A DNA stretch of 63,278 nt, filler included, from Actinomycetota bacterium (GTDB lineage Bacteria; Actinomycetota; Acidimicrobiia; IMCC26256; VFJJ01), in NCBI GenBank assembly GCA_009886115.1. It is 4 parts of 4 records of this genome, joined end to end, with 100 filler letters (N's around TTAATTAATTAA, not from the genome) between each part and the next. Parts side by side here need not be neighbours in the genome. Positions count along the whole stretch, not along the records: positions 28,331 to 59,913 come from VFJJ01000166.1; positions 60,014 to 63,278 come from VFJJ01000017.1; 2 more parts are not named here. One strand, given 5' to 3'. Shown in pieces: positions 54,937-63,278 of the stretch. The position numbers were made by a program, and so were the translations under genes. The number at the start of each line of letters is the position of its first letter. The first letter of the stretch is position 1. Below the pieces are notes generated by a model. It did not search any database. It was not told the DNA's origin and saw nothing but the letters and a program-made list of their open reading frames with translations.

Positions 54937-55858
54937 TCTCACGGCCCTTCCCTCGTCGTCGTCGGCTCAGCGGGCCGCGGCGGTCCTGGTCGGATCGGGC
55001 ACCTCCGGGGCGACGGTCGACGATGGTCAGGTGCTGCGTCGTCGGCTCCCGTTGAGCTTTTGGATCTCGGCGGTCTTCCTCGCAATCATCGTGCTCGCTG
55101 CTGTCACCGCCGATTGGCTGCCCTTTGTCGACCCGGTCGAGGATTACGACCCCCAGGCCCTGGCCGCCGGGCCGTCGGGCGAGCACCTCTTCGGGACCAC
55201 GTCGAACGGCAACGACGTGCTGTCGATCGTGGTGCAGGGCGCTCGCACGTCGCTCATCGTCGGGCTCTTCGCCGTGGCCCTCGGGTTCTTCTTCGGGGGG
55301 TTGCTCGGGCTCGTCGCCGGCTACTTCCGGGGCTGGTTCGACACGGTGATCTCAGCGGTCATCGACATCCTGCTCGCGTTCCCAGCTCTGGTGCTGGCGC
55401 TGGCGATCGTGTCGTTCAAGGGGCCGAGCCTCACCGTCGTCACGATCACCTTGGGAATCTTGGCGATCCCAGCTGTCGCCCGGGTGGCCCGCGCGGCGAC
55501 GCTCCAGTACGCGTCACGCGAGTTCGTGCTCGCGGCGCGCACCCTGGGCGCCAGCCACAAGCGGGTGATCTTTCGCGAGGTGCTCCCCAACGTGGTGATC
55601 CCCATGGCCGCGGTGTCGCTCGTGGCGGTAGCGGTGGTGATGGTCGCCGAGTCGGGGCTGGCGTTCCTCGGCGCAGGCGTGCCCGCCGACACGCCGTCGT
55701 GGGGGAGCCTCATGAAGCTCGGACAGGGCCAGCTCGACAAGGGGGCCGCCCATATCTGTCTGTTTCCCGCAGCGGCGCTGTTCATCACCGTCTATTCGCT
55801 CAACACCATCGGTGACACACTGCGGCAGCGGTTCGACGTTGGTCGAGGGGTCCTGTGA
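54914..55858 (+). CDS. ABC transporter permease (DppC/OppC-like)
   Basis: HLFGT, GARTSL, AFPALVL, EFVLAARTLGAS, PSWG. Confidence 0.92.
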   Translation: MPVPQQPDLTALPSSSSAQRAAAVLVGSGTSGATVDDGQVLRRRLPLSFWISAVFLAIIVLAAVTADWLPFVDPVEDYDPQALAAGPSGEHLFGTTSNGNDVLSIVVQGARTSLIVGLFAVALGFFFGGLLGLVAGYFRGWFDTVISAVIDILLAFPALVLALAIVSFKGPSLTVVTITLGILAIPAVARVARAATLQYASREFVLAARTLGASHKRVIFREVLPNVVIPMAAVSLVAVAVVMVAESGLAFLGAGVPADTPSWGSLMKLGQGQLDKGAAHICLFPAAALFITVYSLNTIGDTLRQRFDVGRGVL

Positions 55859-57033
55859 ACAGCCCGTCGACTCGCTCCTCCCGACCCGCACCGGTGAGTC
55901 TCGGTCCGCCCGATCCGACCCTCCCCCTCCTCGAGGTCGACGGTCTCGCCACGCACTTCCTCACCGAGCGAGGCATGGTGAAGGCCGTCGACGGCGTGAC
56001 GTTCTCGCTCCGGCCGGGTCAGACCCTGGGCGTGGTCGGCGAGTCAGGCTCGGGCAAGACCATCCTGGCTCGCTCGATCATGGGTCTGCTGCCGCCGCGC
56101 AACGTGACCCGGACCGGCACCGTCCGATTCGCTGGGCACGATCTCACAGCGATGAGCGAGCGCGAGCTCGCACATGTGCGCGGGCGCGAGATCGCCATGA
56201 TCTTCCAGGATCCGATGACGTCGCTCAACCCGGTGCTGCGCGTCGGGCGCCAGATCACGGAATCGGTCCGGCATCATCTCGGCATGTCGGCCAAGGCAGC
56301 GCGGGCGTGGGGGACAGAGCTGCTCGACATGGTCGGTATCCCGGCTCCCGGTCTGCGCATGGACGACTACCCGCACGAGCTGTCGGGAGGCATGCGTCAG
56401 CGGGTCACCATCGCCATCGCCTTGGCCTGCGAGCCGAAGCTGATCATCGCCGACGAGCCCACGACCGCCCTTGACGTCACGGTGCAGGCCCAGATCCTCG
56501 ACCTGCTCCAGGAGCTGCAGGCGAGTCAGGGGATGGCCCTGATCCTCGTCACCCACGACCTCGGGGTGGTGGCGGGGCGCACCGACGACATCGCGGTCAT
56601 GTACGCGGGCAAGATCGTCGAGCACGCGCCGACACCGGCGCTGTTCGCCCAGATGCGCCATCCGTACACCGAGGCCCTGCTCCGCTCGATCCCCAAGCTC
56701 GACGACGCGTCGCACACGCGACTCGAGACCATCCCCGGACGCCCCCCGGATCTCGTCGCCCCGCCGCCAGGATGTCGATTCGCTCCGCGGTGCATGCTCG
56801 TCCAGGACCGTTGCCGCACGGAGCTGCCCGAGCTCACTGCGGGCGGGGGATCGGGCCACAGGTATCGCTGCTTCTACCCTGTCGGCACCGAGATCGGCGA
56901 GGCCGCCCGGGCCCGCAATGAGGCTGGGGCCACCCCCGCCGCAGCGTCGGCGTCTACGGCGTCGGCGCCCCGGTCGTCGATGGCGTCCCGAGTGTCGACG
57001 GCTTCGGAATCCGATGGCTCGAGAGGGCACTGA
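55855..57033 (+). CDS. ABC transporter ATP-binding protein (DppD/OppD-like)
   Basis: GESGSGKT, FQDPMTSLNP, LSGGMRQR, DEPTTALDV, HPYT. Confidence 0.94.
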   Translation: MNSPSTRSSRPAPVSLGPPDPTLPLLEVDGLATHFLTERGMVKAVDGVTFSLRPGQTLGVVGESGSGKTILARSIMGLLPPRNVTRTGTVRFAGHDLTAMSERELAHVRGREIAMIFQDPMTSLNPVLRVGRQITESVRHHLGMSAKAARAWGTELLDMVGIPAPGLRMDDYPHELSGGMRQRVTIAIALACEPKLIIADEPTTALDVTVQAQILDLLQELQASQGMALILVTHDLGVVAGRTDDIAVMYAGKIVEHAPTPALFAQMRHPYTEALLRSIPKLDDASHTRLETIPGRPPDLVAPPPGCRFAPRCMLVQDRCRTELPELTAGGGSGHRYRCFYPVGTEIGEAARARNEAGATPAAASASTASAPRSSMASRVSTASESDGSRGH

Positions 57034-57034
57034 C

Positions 57035-58048
57035 ATGGCCGGCAGCGGTACAGCTCCGTTGCGCGACCCCGATGTCGCGCTCCTCCGGGTCGAGCACCTC
57101 ACCGTCGAGTTCCCGGCCGGCCGTGGCCGCAGGGTTCACGCCGTCTCCGACGTGAGCTTCGACGTGTACCCGGGTGAGACCCTGGGGCTCGTCGGCGAGT
57201 CGGGCTGCGGGAAGTCGACGACCGGCCGGGCCATCATGCAGATCAGTCGGCCCACCGGAGGATCGGTGAAGCTCGCAGGCCGGGAGATCGTCGGCACCAC
57301 GGGAGAGGCGCTGCGCCAGATCAGGCCCGAGATGCAGATGATCTTCCAAGACCCGATCTCGTCGCTCAACCCCCGCCGACGCGTCGGCGACATCGTCGCC
57401 CAGCCGCTCGAGATCTGGCACCGGGGCGACGCCGAGGCCCGCACGGCCAAGGTGCGCGAGCTGCTCGGAGCCGTGGGCCTCGACCCCGACACGGCCATGG
57501 GACGGCGACCCCACCAGTTCTCGGGTGGTCAGTGTCAACGCATCTCGATCGCCCGAGCCTTGGCCCTCGAGCCCACGTTGCTCATCTGCGATGAGCCGGT
57601 GTCGGCGCTCGACGTGTCGGTGCAGGCTCAGATCCTGAACCTGCTCGAGGACATGAAGGCCCGTTACGGGCTGACGATGATCTTCATCGCCCACGACCTC
57701 GCCGTGGTCAAGAACGTGAGCGACCGGGTGGCGGTCATGTACCTCGGGAAGCTCTGTGAGATCGCCCCGCCCGACGAGCTCTACCGGAACCCGGCCCATC
57801 CGTACACCCGAGCCTTGCTGTCGGCCATCCCCATCCCCGACCCGACGGTACGACCTCGCCGACGCGAGGGCGTGGCGGGCGAGATCCCGTCGCCCCTGGC
57901 GCCTCCTTCGGGGTGTCGCTTCCGCACCCGCTGCCCTCGGACCACCTCCCGGTGCGAGACCGAGGAACCGGCGATGACCGCCGCCGGCGACGGCCATTTC
58001 GTCGCCTGCCATCACCCCGTCGTCGAGCCCGCGCCGGTCGCCGGTTAA
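57035..58048 (+). CDS. ABC transporter ATP-binding protein (DppF/OppF-like)
   Basis: GESGCGKST, FSGGQCQR, DEPVSALDVS, GCRFRTRC. Confidence 0.94.
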   Translation: MAGSGTAPLRDPDVALLRVEHLTVEFPAGRGRRVHAVSDVSFDVYPGETLGLVGESGCGKSTTGRAIMQISRPTGGSVKLAGREIVGTTGEALRQIRPEMQMIFQDPISSLNPRRRVGDIVAQPLEIWHRGDAEARTAKVRELLGAVGLDPDTAMGRRPHQFSGGQCQRISIARALALEPTLLICDEPVSALDVSVQAQILNLLEDMKARYGLTMIFIAHDLAVVKNVSDRVAVMYLGKLCEIAPPDELYRNPAHPYTRALLSAIPIPDPTVRPRRREGVAGEIPSPLAPPSGCRFRTRCPRTTSRCETEEPAMTAAGDGHFVACHHPVVEPAPVAG

Positions 58049-58058
58049 CCCCACGGCT

Positions 58059-58120
58059 CACCCCACGAAATTTGCGCGGAAATCGTCGCCAGGCGACAAT
58101 TTCCGCGCAAATTTGGGGTG
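58059..58120. repeat. Long near-perfect inverted repeat (REP-like hairpin)
   Basis: AAATTTGCGCGGAAAT-C-GTCGCC-A-GGCGAC-A-ATTTCCGCGCAAATTT, flanked by CACCCC/GGGGTG. Confidence 0.85.
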
Positions 58121-58138
58121 GGCCGTACACTCCCGGGC

Positions 58139-59416
58139 ATGGCAGCCACCACCCCCGCACCCGCCGTTCCCGAGGCGGTGGTCGATCTGGGCCGGCGAGC
58201 CAAGGCGGCATCGCGTGTGCTCGCCACGGCATCGACGGCCGTCAAGAACGAGGCCCTCGGCGCCGCTGCCGACCTGATCGAGTCGCGAAGCAGCGAGATC
58301 CTGGCGGCCAATGCCGTCGATCTGGCCGCGGCGGAGGCGGCCGGCCTCGACGCCACCCCGCTCGATCGCTTGCGGCTCACCGATGCCCGGATCGTCAGCA
58401 TGGCCAAGGGCCTGCGTGACGTCGTGGGCCTCCCCGATCCGGTGGGCGAGGTGGTCGACGGCTGGCGGCGCCCGAACGGCCTCGAGATCCAACGGGTGCG
58501 CATGCCGCTCGGCGTCATCGCCATCATCTACGAGAACCGTCCCAATGTCACCAGCGACGCAGCCGGGCTGTGCTTGAAGTCCGGCAACGCAGCGCTCCTG
58601 CGGGGCTCGACGAGCGCGCTGCGCTCCAACGTGGCGATCGCCTCGGCGATGCGTGCCGCGCTCGGATCGTGCGGGCTCCCCGAGGACGGGGTGATCCTCG
58701 TCGAGGACACGAGCTACGAGACGGCCACCGGTGTGATGCGGCTCTCGGGGTACGTCGACTGCCTGATACCTCGGGGAGGGCCGTCGCTGATTCGCTCGAT
58801 CCTCGACAATGCCACCGTGCCCTTCGTAATCGACGGCGACGGCAACTGCCACGTGTACGTCGACTCCTCGGCCGACATCGCCGAGGCGGTGGCGATCGTG
58901 ATCAACGCCAAGACGCAGCGTCCCTCGGTGTGCAATGCCGCCGAGACGCTGGTCGTGCACGAGGCCATCGCGCCAGCGTTCCTCGCTGCGGTCTGCCCGG
59001 CGCTCGAAGAGCGCGGGGTGAGCCTGGTCGGCGACGACGACGCCCGGCGCCTCTGGCCGGCGATGTCACCGGCGGCCGAAGCCGACTGGGAGACCGAGTA
59101 CCTCTCGCTCAAGCTGGCCGTGCGTGTGGTGCCGTCGCTCGAGGCTGCCATCGAGCATGTGAACCGCTACAGCACCGGCAACACCGAGGCCATCCTCACG
59201 AGCGATCTCCGGGCGGCTCGCCGTTTCGTGGCGGCTGTCGACAGCGGCACCGTGGTCGTGAACGCCTCGACCCGCTTCAACGACGGGGGCGAGTTCGGCT
59301 ACGGCGCCGAGATCGGGATCTCGACCCAGAAGCTCCACGCACGGGGACCCATGGCGTTGCGCGAGCTCACCGCCACCAAGAACGTCGTCTGGGGCGACGG
59401 CCACACGCGCACCTGA
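58139..59416 (+). CDS. proA: Gamma-glutamyl phosphate reductase
   Basis: PLGVIAIIYENRPNVT, IPRGG, NAKTQRPSVCNAAE, NASTRF.DG, ISTQKLHARGP. Confidence 0.96.
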   Translation: MAATTPAPAVPEAVVDLGRRAKAASRVLATASTAVKNEALGAAADLIESRSSEILAANAVDLAAAEAAGLDATPLDRLRLTDARIVSMAKGLRDVVGLPDPVGEVVDGWRRPNGLEIQRVRMPLGVIAIIYENRPNVTSDAAGLCLKSGNAALLRGSTSALRSNVAIASAMRAALGSCGLPEDGVILVEDTSYETATGVMRLSGYVDCLIPRGGPSLIRSILDNATVPFVIDGDGNCHVYVDSSADIAEAVAIVINAKTQRPSVCNAAETLVVHEAIAPAFLAAVCPALEERGVSLVGDDDARRLWPAMSPAAEADWETEYLSLKLAVRVVPSLEAAIEHVNRYSTGNTEAILTSDLRAARRFVAAVDSGTVVVNASTRFNDGGEFGYGAEIGISTQKLHARGPMALRELTATKNVVWGDGHTRT

Positions 59417-59444
59417 CCCGCCGGGAGACCCCCGCGGGTCAGGT
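59411..59444. terminator. Hairpin between convergent genes
   Basis: ACCTGACCCGC...GCGGGTCAGGT 11-bp stem overlapping the proA stop. Confidence 0.6.
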
Positions 59445-59522
59445 CACGCTGTCACGCTGTCACGCCGTGATGCTGTGATGCTGTGATGCTGTGATGAGGG
59501 CGCTTCGAGCAGGGTCTCGAGC

Positions 59523-59912
59523 TCAGTGGGTGGGCTCGGCCTCGGGCTCGTGGTGCTCGGGCTCGTGGTACTCGGGCTCGGGGGCCGCGTACGGCTCGGG
59601 CTCGGCCTCGTAGGTCGGCTCGGGCTGGTGCTCGTAGCCCTGCTCGGTGTACTCGCTGTTGAAGCTGTCGTGGACGGCGACATCAGTCTCGACATCGGTG
59701 TTGTAGCTGTCGTTGGTGCTGTTGTCGGAGTTGTCGGTGTACTCGTGGCTCTGGTCGAGCGTCGCCGTACCGTCGTCGCCGACTGCGGCGACGTTGGAGT
59801 CGGTGGCGTCGATGTCCTGGGCCGTGGCGTCGCCGTGGACGGTGGCGGCGCTGCCGTCCTGGGCGGTGACCTGGGTTCCGGAGCCCTGGTTGATCGGGGA
59901 TCCGTCGCCGGA
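59523..59912 (-). CDS. 5'-partial acidic low-complexity protein (D/N/S/T-rich, EPE tail), not in the ORF track
   Basis: Hand translation: SGDGSPINQGSGTQVTAQDGS..DNSDNSTNDSYNTDVETDVAVHDSFNSEY..EPEYHEPEHHEPEAEPTH*; strong GC3 bias in this frame. Confidence 0.75.
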   Translation of the reverse strand, partial: SGDGSPINQGSGTQVTAQDGSAATVHGDATAQDIDATDSNVAAVGDDGTATLDQSHEYTDNSDNSTNDSYNTDVETDVAVHDSFNSEYTEQGYEHQPEPTYEAEPEPYAAPEPEYHEPEHHEPEAEPTH

Positions 59913-59913
59913 G

Positions 59914-60013
59914 NNNNNNNNNNNNNNNNNNNNNNNNNNNNNNNNNNNNNNNNNNNNTTAATTAATTAANNNNNNNNNNNNNNNNNNNNNNNNNNNNNNN
60001 NNNNNNNNNNNNN
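59914..60013. other. Artificial contig linker
   Basis: N runs around TTAATTAATTAA. Confidence 0.99.
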
Positions 60014-60014
60014 C

Positions 60015-60602
60015 CTCACGACCGGTCCGGCGTTCGGCCTGTCGTGGGAGGAGGCAGCGAGACGGTTGGGCGAGGCCTGGGCGCCGGTCATCGACGCCGC
60101 GCGTGCGGCTGACGTCACGCTGACCGTTGAGAACACCGGACCGCTGCGGCTCGACCTGTCGTTCACGACGACCTTGCGTGACACCGGCGAGCTGGCCCGA
60201 AGGCTCGGGATCGGCGTGTGCCTCGAGGTGAACTCGTGCTTCGCCGAGCGCGCCCTCGCCGAGACGATCGCCCACCTGTGCGCCGAGGGGCGCCTGGCCC
60301 ACGTACAGGTCAACGATTTCGTGGTTGGCAGCCTGTTCACACCCGATCGGGCCGTTCCCGGGGACGGCGATATCGCCCTCGAGGAGATCATCGCAACGGT
60401 GCTCGGATGCGGGTATCAGGGTGCCTTCGAGATCGAGATGGTCGGTCCCCGCATCGAAGGCGAGGGCTACGCGTCGGCCATCAGACGGGCGATCGCCCAT
60501 CTCGATGTCCTGCTCGTCGGCGCGTCCGATCGAGGGCGAACCGACCCGCCTCAGGGCTCGGTGAGCGCCGGGATTCCCTTGACCCGCACGGGGCTCAGGT
60601 AG
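60015..60602 (+). CDS. Sugar phosphate isomerase/epimerase (TIM barrel), 5'-partial
   Basis: TVENT, HVQVND, RAVPGDGDI, GYQGAFEIE. Confidence 0.82.
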   Translation, partial: LTTGPAFGLSWEEAARRLGEAWAPVIDAARAADVTLTVENTGPLRLDLSFTTTLRDTGELARRLGIGVCLEVNSCFAERALAETIAHLCAEGRLAHVQVNDFVVGSLFTPDRAVPGDGDIALEEIIATVLGCGYQGAFEIEMVGPRIEGEGYASAIRRAIAHLDVLLVGASDRGRTDPPQGSVSAGIPLTRTGLR

Positions 60603-60874
60603 CTGATCGACGGCGGCCCGGCAATCAGGGCGGCCAGAGCGGTCACCATCGTCGCCACCGCCTCCGACCGCTGATGCTCCGAGAGGGCGTCGCGGTCTCG
60701 GTAGACCTCGTAGCACACCACCCGGTCGGGATCGTCGTCGACGGTGTGCACAGCGAACACGATCGTCCCCGATTCGCCCTCGGCGGCATCGCACAGCGCG
60801 CCGAAGGCGGTGAGGAGCTCGTCGCGTCGTCCGGGCTTCGCGGTGAGCACCACGGTGATGACGATGGGGTTCAT
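60551..60874 (-). CDS. Antibiotic biosynthesis monooxygenase (ABM) family protein
   Basis: AKPGRRDEL, E.GT..F.VH, YEVYRDRDALSEH. Confidence 0.85.
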   Translation of the reverse strand: MNPIVITVVLTAKPGRRDELLTAFGALCDAAEGESGTIVFAVHTVDDDPDRVVCYEVYRDRDALSEHQRSEAVATMVTALAALIAGPPSISYLSPVRVKGIPALTEP

Positions 60875-60941
60875 GCCGGCATTGTGGCTCCCGGGGTACC
60901 CTGCGCGCCCAGCCTCTGTTTCACCGTCGACGGGACAACCG

Positions 60942-61727
60942 ATGTCGAGCGCTCTCACCCCGCCGTCGATCATGCTCACCGGGAAGGTCGCCGTGGTCAC
61001 CGGAGCCTCCAAGGGCATCGGCCGGGCGACGGCCGAGCGCTTCGCGGCCGCCGGCGCGTCGGTGATGCTGTCGTCACGCAAGCAGGAGGCCCTCGACGCC
61101 GTGGTCGACGGGATCCGCGCGGCGCTGCCCGATGCTTCCGTGGCGGCCTTCGCCGCCAACGCCGGTGATGCCGACCAGGCCGAGGCCTGCGTGGCCGCCA
61201 CCATGGAGCGCTTCGGCCGTCTCGACGTTCTCGTGAACAACGCCGCGACGAACCCCTACTACGGGCCCACGATCGAGGGTGGCCTGTCGGCGCTCGACAA
61301 GATCCACCAGGTGAACGTGCGGGGACCGTTGGTGTGGGCCCAGCTCGCCCATCGGGCCTCGATGGCCGAGCACGGCGGGTCGATCATCAACGTCGTCTCG
61401 GTCGGAGCGCTGCGACACGGCGGCGGGATCGGGCTCTACAACACATCGAAGGCCGCGCTCTCCCATCTCTCACGGGTGCTGGCGTCCGAGCTGGGGCCGG
61501 GCATCCGGGTGAACGCGCTGGCGCCGGGGCTCGTGAAGACCGACTTCGCCCGGGCGTTGTGGGAGGGCAACGAGGAGGCCGTCTCGCGCTCGTTGCCCAT
61601 GCGCCGCTTGGGCGAGCCCATCGACATCGCCAACGCCGCGCTGTTCCTGGCCTCCGACCTGGCGAGCTGGATCACCGGCCACACCCTCGTCGTCGACGGC
61701 GGCGCCCTCGTTCAACTGACCCGCTGA
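60942..61727 (+). CDS. SDR oxidoreductase (DHRS4-like)
   Basis: TGASKGIG, NNAATNP, YNTSK, APGLVKTDFARALW. Confidence 0.92.
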   Translation: MSSALTPPSIMLTGKVAVVTGASKGIGRATAERFAAAGASVMLSSRKQEALDAVVDGIRAALPDASVAAFAANAGDADQAEACVAATMERFGRLDVLVNNAATNPYYGPTIEGGLSALDKIHQVNVRGPLVWAQLAHRASMAEHGGSIINVVSVGALRHGGGIGLYNTSKAALSHLSRVLASELGPGIRVNALAPGLVKTDFARALWEGNEEAVSRSLPMRRLGEPIDIANAALFLASDLASWITGHTLVVDGGALVQLTR

Positions 61728-61744
61728 CCAACATCCCCTGCGAC

Positions 61745-63190
61745 TCAGCTGTACAAGCGGTCGAGGTCGATGAGGACGGTGTCGGTCCGGCGGCGGGCAG
61801 CGCGGCCGAGCTCGGCGGTGAAACCCGAGCGGGCGACGAGCACCCGGCACACCTGCTGGCTCCCATCCGGGCCCTCCAGGCGATCGGCGATGTGATCGAG
61901 ACGTGCGAGCTGGTCGACCCCGATCGGCGTGCTCCCGGCCTTGACCTCGCCGATCGCCACGACCCGGTCGGAGCGACTGCGCGTGTCGTCGACGGCGACG
62001 ATGTCGAGCTGGAGGCTGTTGGCGCCCTGACCGAAGGTGCTGGGTCCGACCAGGGTCGGCTGAGCGTCGATGGATCGTGCTCCGCTCCTCCCCATCAACC
62101 ATTCGCAGGCCAACCACCCGAGATGAGGCGCGTAGATCTGGCTGGCGACCGTCGCTCGAGCGTCCTGCCAGACCTCACGCCCCTGGCCCCTCACCAGACG
62201 GCGCTCGTTCGCCTCGATGAGCACCCGATGCGTTCGAACGATCGGTTCCGTCAGAAGGATCGTGGAGCGGTTCCGGTGCAGGGGATCTCGTCGCAGCTCG
62301 ATCCACTGGCCCTCGGCGAGGACTCGGAGGGGGAAGGTCAGGGCGCTGTCGGCCCGACCGAGCGCTCGGGCCAGGGAGCTCCGACGACGATGCCCGTCGG
62401 CGATCGCGCCCAGAACGCCCCAGTACAGGCTGCGGTCACCGAGCGCCGGATCCTCCTCCGTGACGATCCTCCCCTCGCGAAAGAGCGGGCTCCGCGGGTC
62501 GAGGACGTGTTCGACGGCCCAGGAGTCGACGTTCCCCCGCCTGGGGGCTCCGCCGACCATCGACCGGTATGCGGGCGTCCCGCCGATGAGGGCGTGGAGC
62601 GCGAACGCGGCCCGTGGGTTGTCCCCCATACCCCAGAACGTGGCCGAGGTCGGATGATCGAACGGGCCCACCTGCAGCTCGAGCTGGGCCCGCCCGCGAA
62701 GGGGCGCGTTCGCGTTGAGGAGCGACGCCATCTGGGTGAACACCGATCCGCACACGATCAACCGGCACGAGCCGCTGCGCTGGGCCCTGGGCGACAGGTG
62801 CGCCTGGATCAGCGACGGCAGCTCCGGCGTGGTCTCGACGAGGTAACCGAACTCGTCGAGAACCACCGGCTTCGGCGCCTGCGACCCGGAGGCGAACGTC
62901 GCCCGGATGGCGTGGTCCCAGGTGGGGAACCTGATCGGATCAGGCGAGGTGATCCACGCCGTCCAAGCCTCCGAGAACGAGACGAGGTTCTGCGCGCTCG
63001 ACTGTTGACGGGCTTGCCAGTAGAAGCCGCCGGTGGCGTCGGTCAGCGCTTCGAGGAGGGTGGTCTTGCCCTGCCGGCGGCGACCGAACACCACCGCCAA
63101 CGCGGAACCTGCCCCGGTTGCGAAACTGGCGAGGCGGTCCCACTCGTCGTGGCGATCGAACAGCCACTCGGGCTTCGACAGTTCGGGCAT
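61745..63190 (-). CDS. Archaeal-type P-loop ATPase with wHTH and C-terminal PD-(D/E)XK-like (DUF234-like) domain
   Basis: FDRHDE, GRRRQGKT Walker A, VLDEF Walker B, CGS, GGTPAY, LDIVA..IGEVK. Confidence 0.8.
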   Translation of the reverse strand: MPELSKPEWLFDRHDEWDRLASFATGAGSALAVVFGRRRQGKTTLLEALTDATGGFYWQARQQSSAQNLVSFSEAWTAWITSPDPIRFPTWDHAIRATFASGSQAPKPVVLDEFGYLVETTPELPSLIQAHLSPRAQRSGSCRLIVCGSVFTQMASLLNANAPLRGRAQLELQVGPFDHPTSATFWGMGDNPRAAFALHALIGGTPAYRSMVGGAPRRGNVDSWAVEHVLDPRSPLFREGRIVTEEDPALGDRSLYWGVLGAIADGHRRRSSLARALGRADSALTFPLRVLAEGQWIELRRDPLHRNRSTILLTEPIVRTHRVLIEANERRLVRGQGREVWQDARATVASQIYAPHLGWLACEWLMGRSGARSIDAQPTLVGPSTFGQGANSLQLDIVAVDDTRSRSDRVVAIGEVKAGSTPIGVDQLARLDHIADRLEGPDGSQQVCRVLVARSGFTAELGRAARRRTDTVLIDLDRLYS

Positions 63191-63222
63191 GGGACTTACT
63201 GTAGTTGGAGTTGCATATCTTC

Positions 63223-63278
63223 GGCCCCGGCCCCGGCCCCGGCCCCGGCCCCGGCCCCGGCCCCGGCCCCGGCCCCGG
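63223..63278. repeat. Hexamer tandem repeat (GGCCCC)n running off the window end
   Basis: About 9 copies directly visible. Confidence 0.95.

Noticed and set aside
59526..59913. Plus-strand hydrophobic Leu/Gly/Val ORF
   Set aside because: It is the antisense mirror of the acidic minus-strand gene, whose codon usage fits better.

Overview
High-GC actinobacterial DNA, most consistent with Acidimicrobiia (inferred from gene content). It is four contigs joined by artificial 100-nt N/TTAATTAATTAA linkers (17374-17473, 28231-28330, 59914-60013), so adjacency across the linkers is meaningless. Contig 1: orphan pilT, an AbiEi/DUF559-like nuclease gene bracketed by two near-identical 55-bp palindromic repeats, lipid-catabolism enzymes, two CNNM transporters, GGT, nitrobindin, etfBA and a geranylgeranyl-reductase-like gene. 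Contig 2: a repeat-rich surface protein, glucosylglycerate genes, a SAM-I riboswitch-controlled thrC-like/sulfur-carrier pair, ideR with its own iron box, groEL with tandem CIRCE sites, and an oxidoreductase followed by a headless ECF41 sigma C-terminal domain. Contig 3: the conserved ndk-mreBCD-mrdA-rodA-radical SAM-rne-rplU-rpmA-obgE-proB-proA cluster, interrupted by two tandem single-module C-A-T-TE NRPS paralogs (one with a degenerate C-domain motif) and a peptide ABC transporter. Contig 4: isomerase fragment, ABM, SDR and an ATPase-nuclease. All calls come from motifs read by eye; no database searches were run. Several start codons were shortened from the ORF track using RBS or leaderless -10 evidence.
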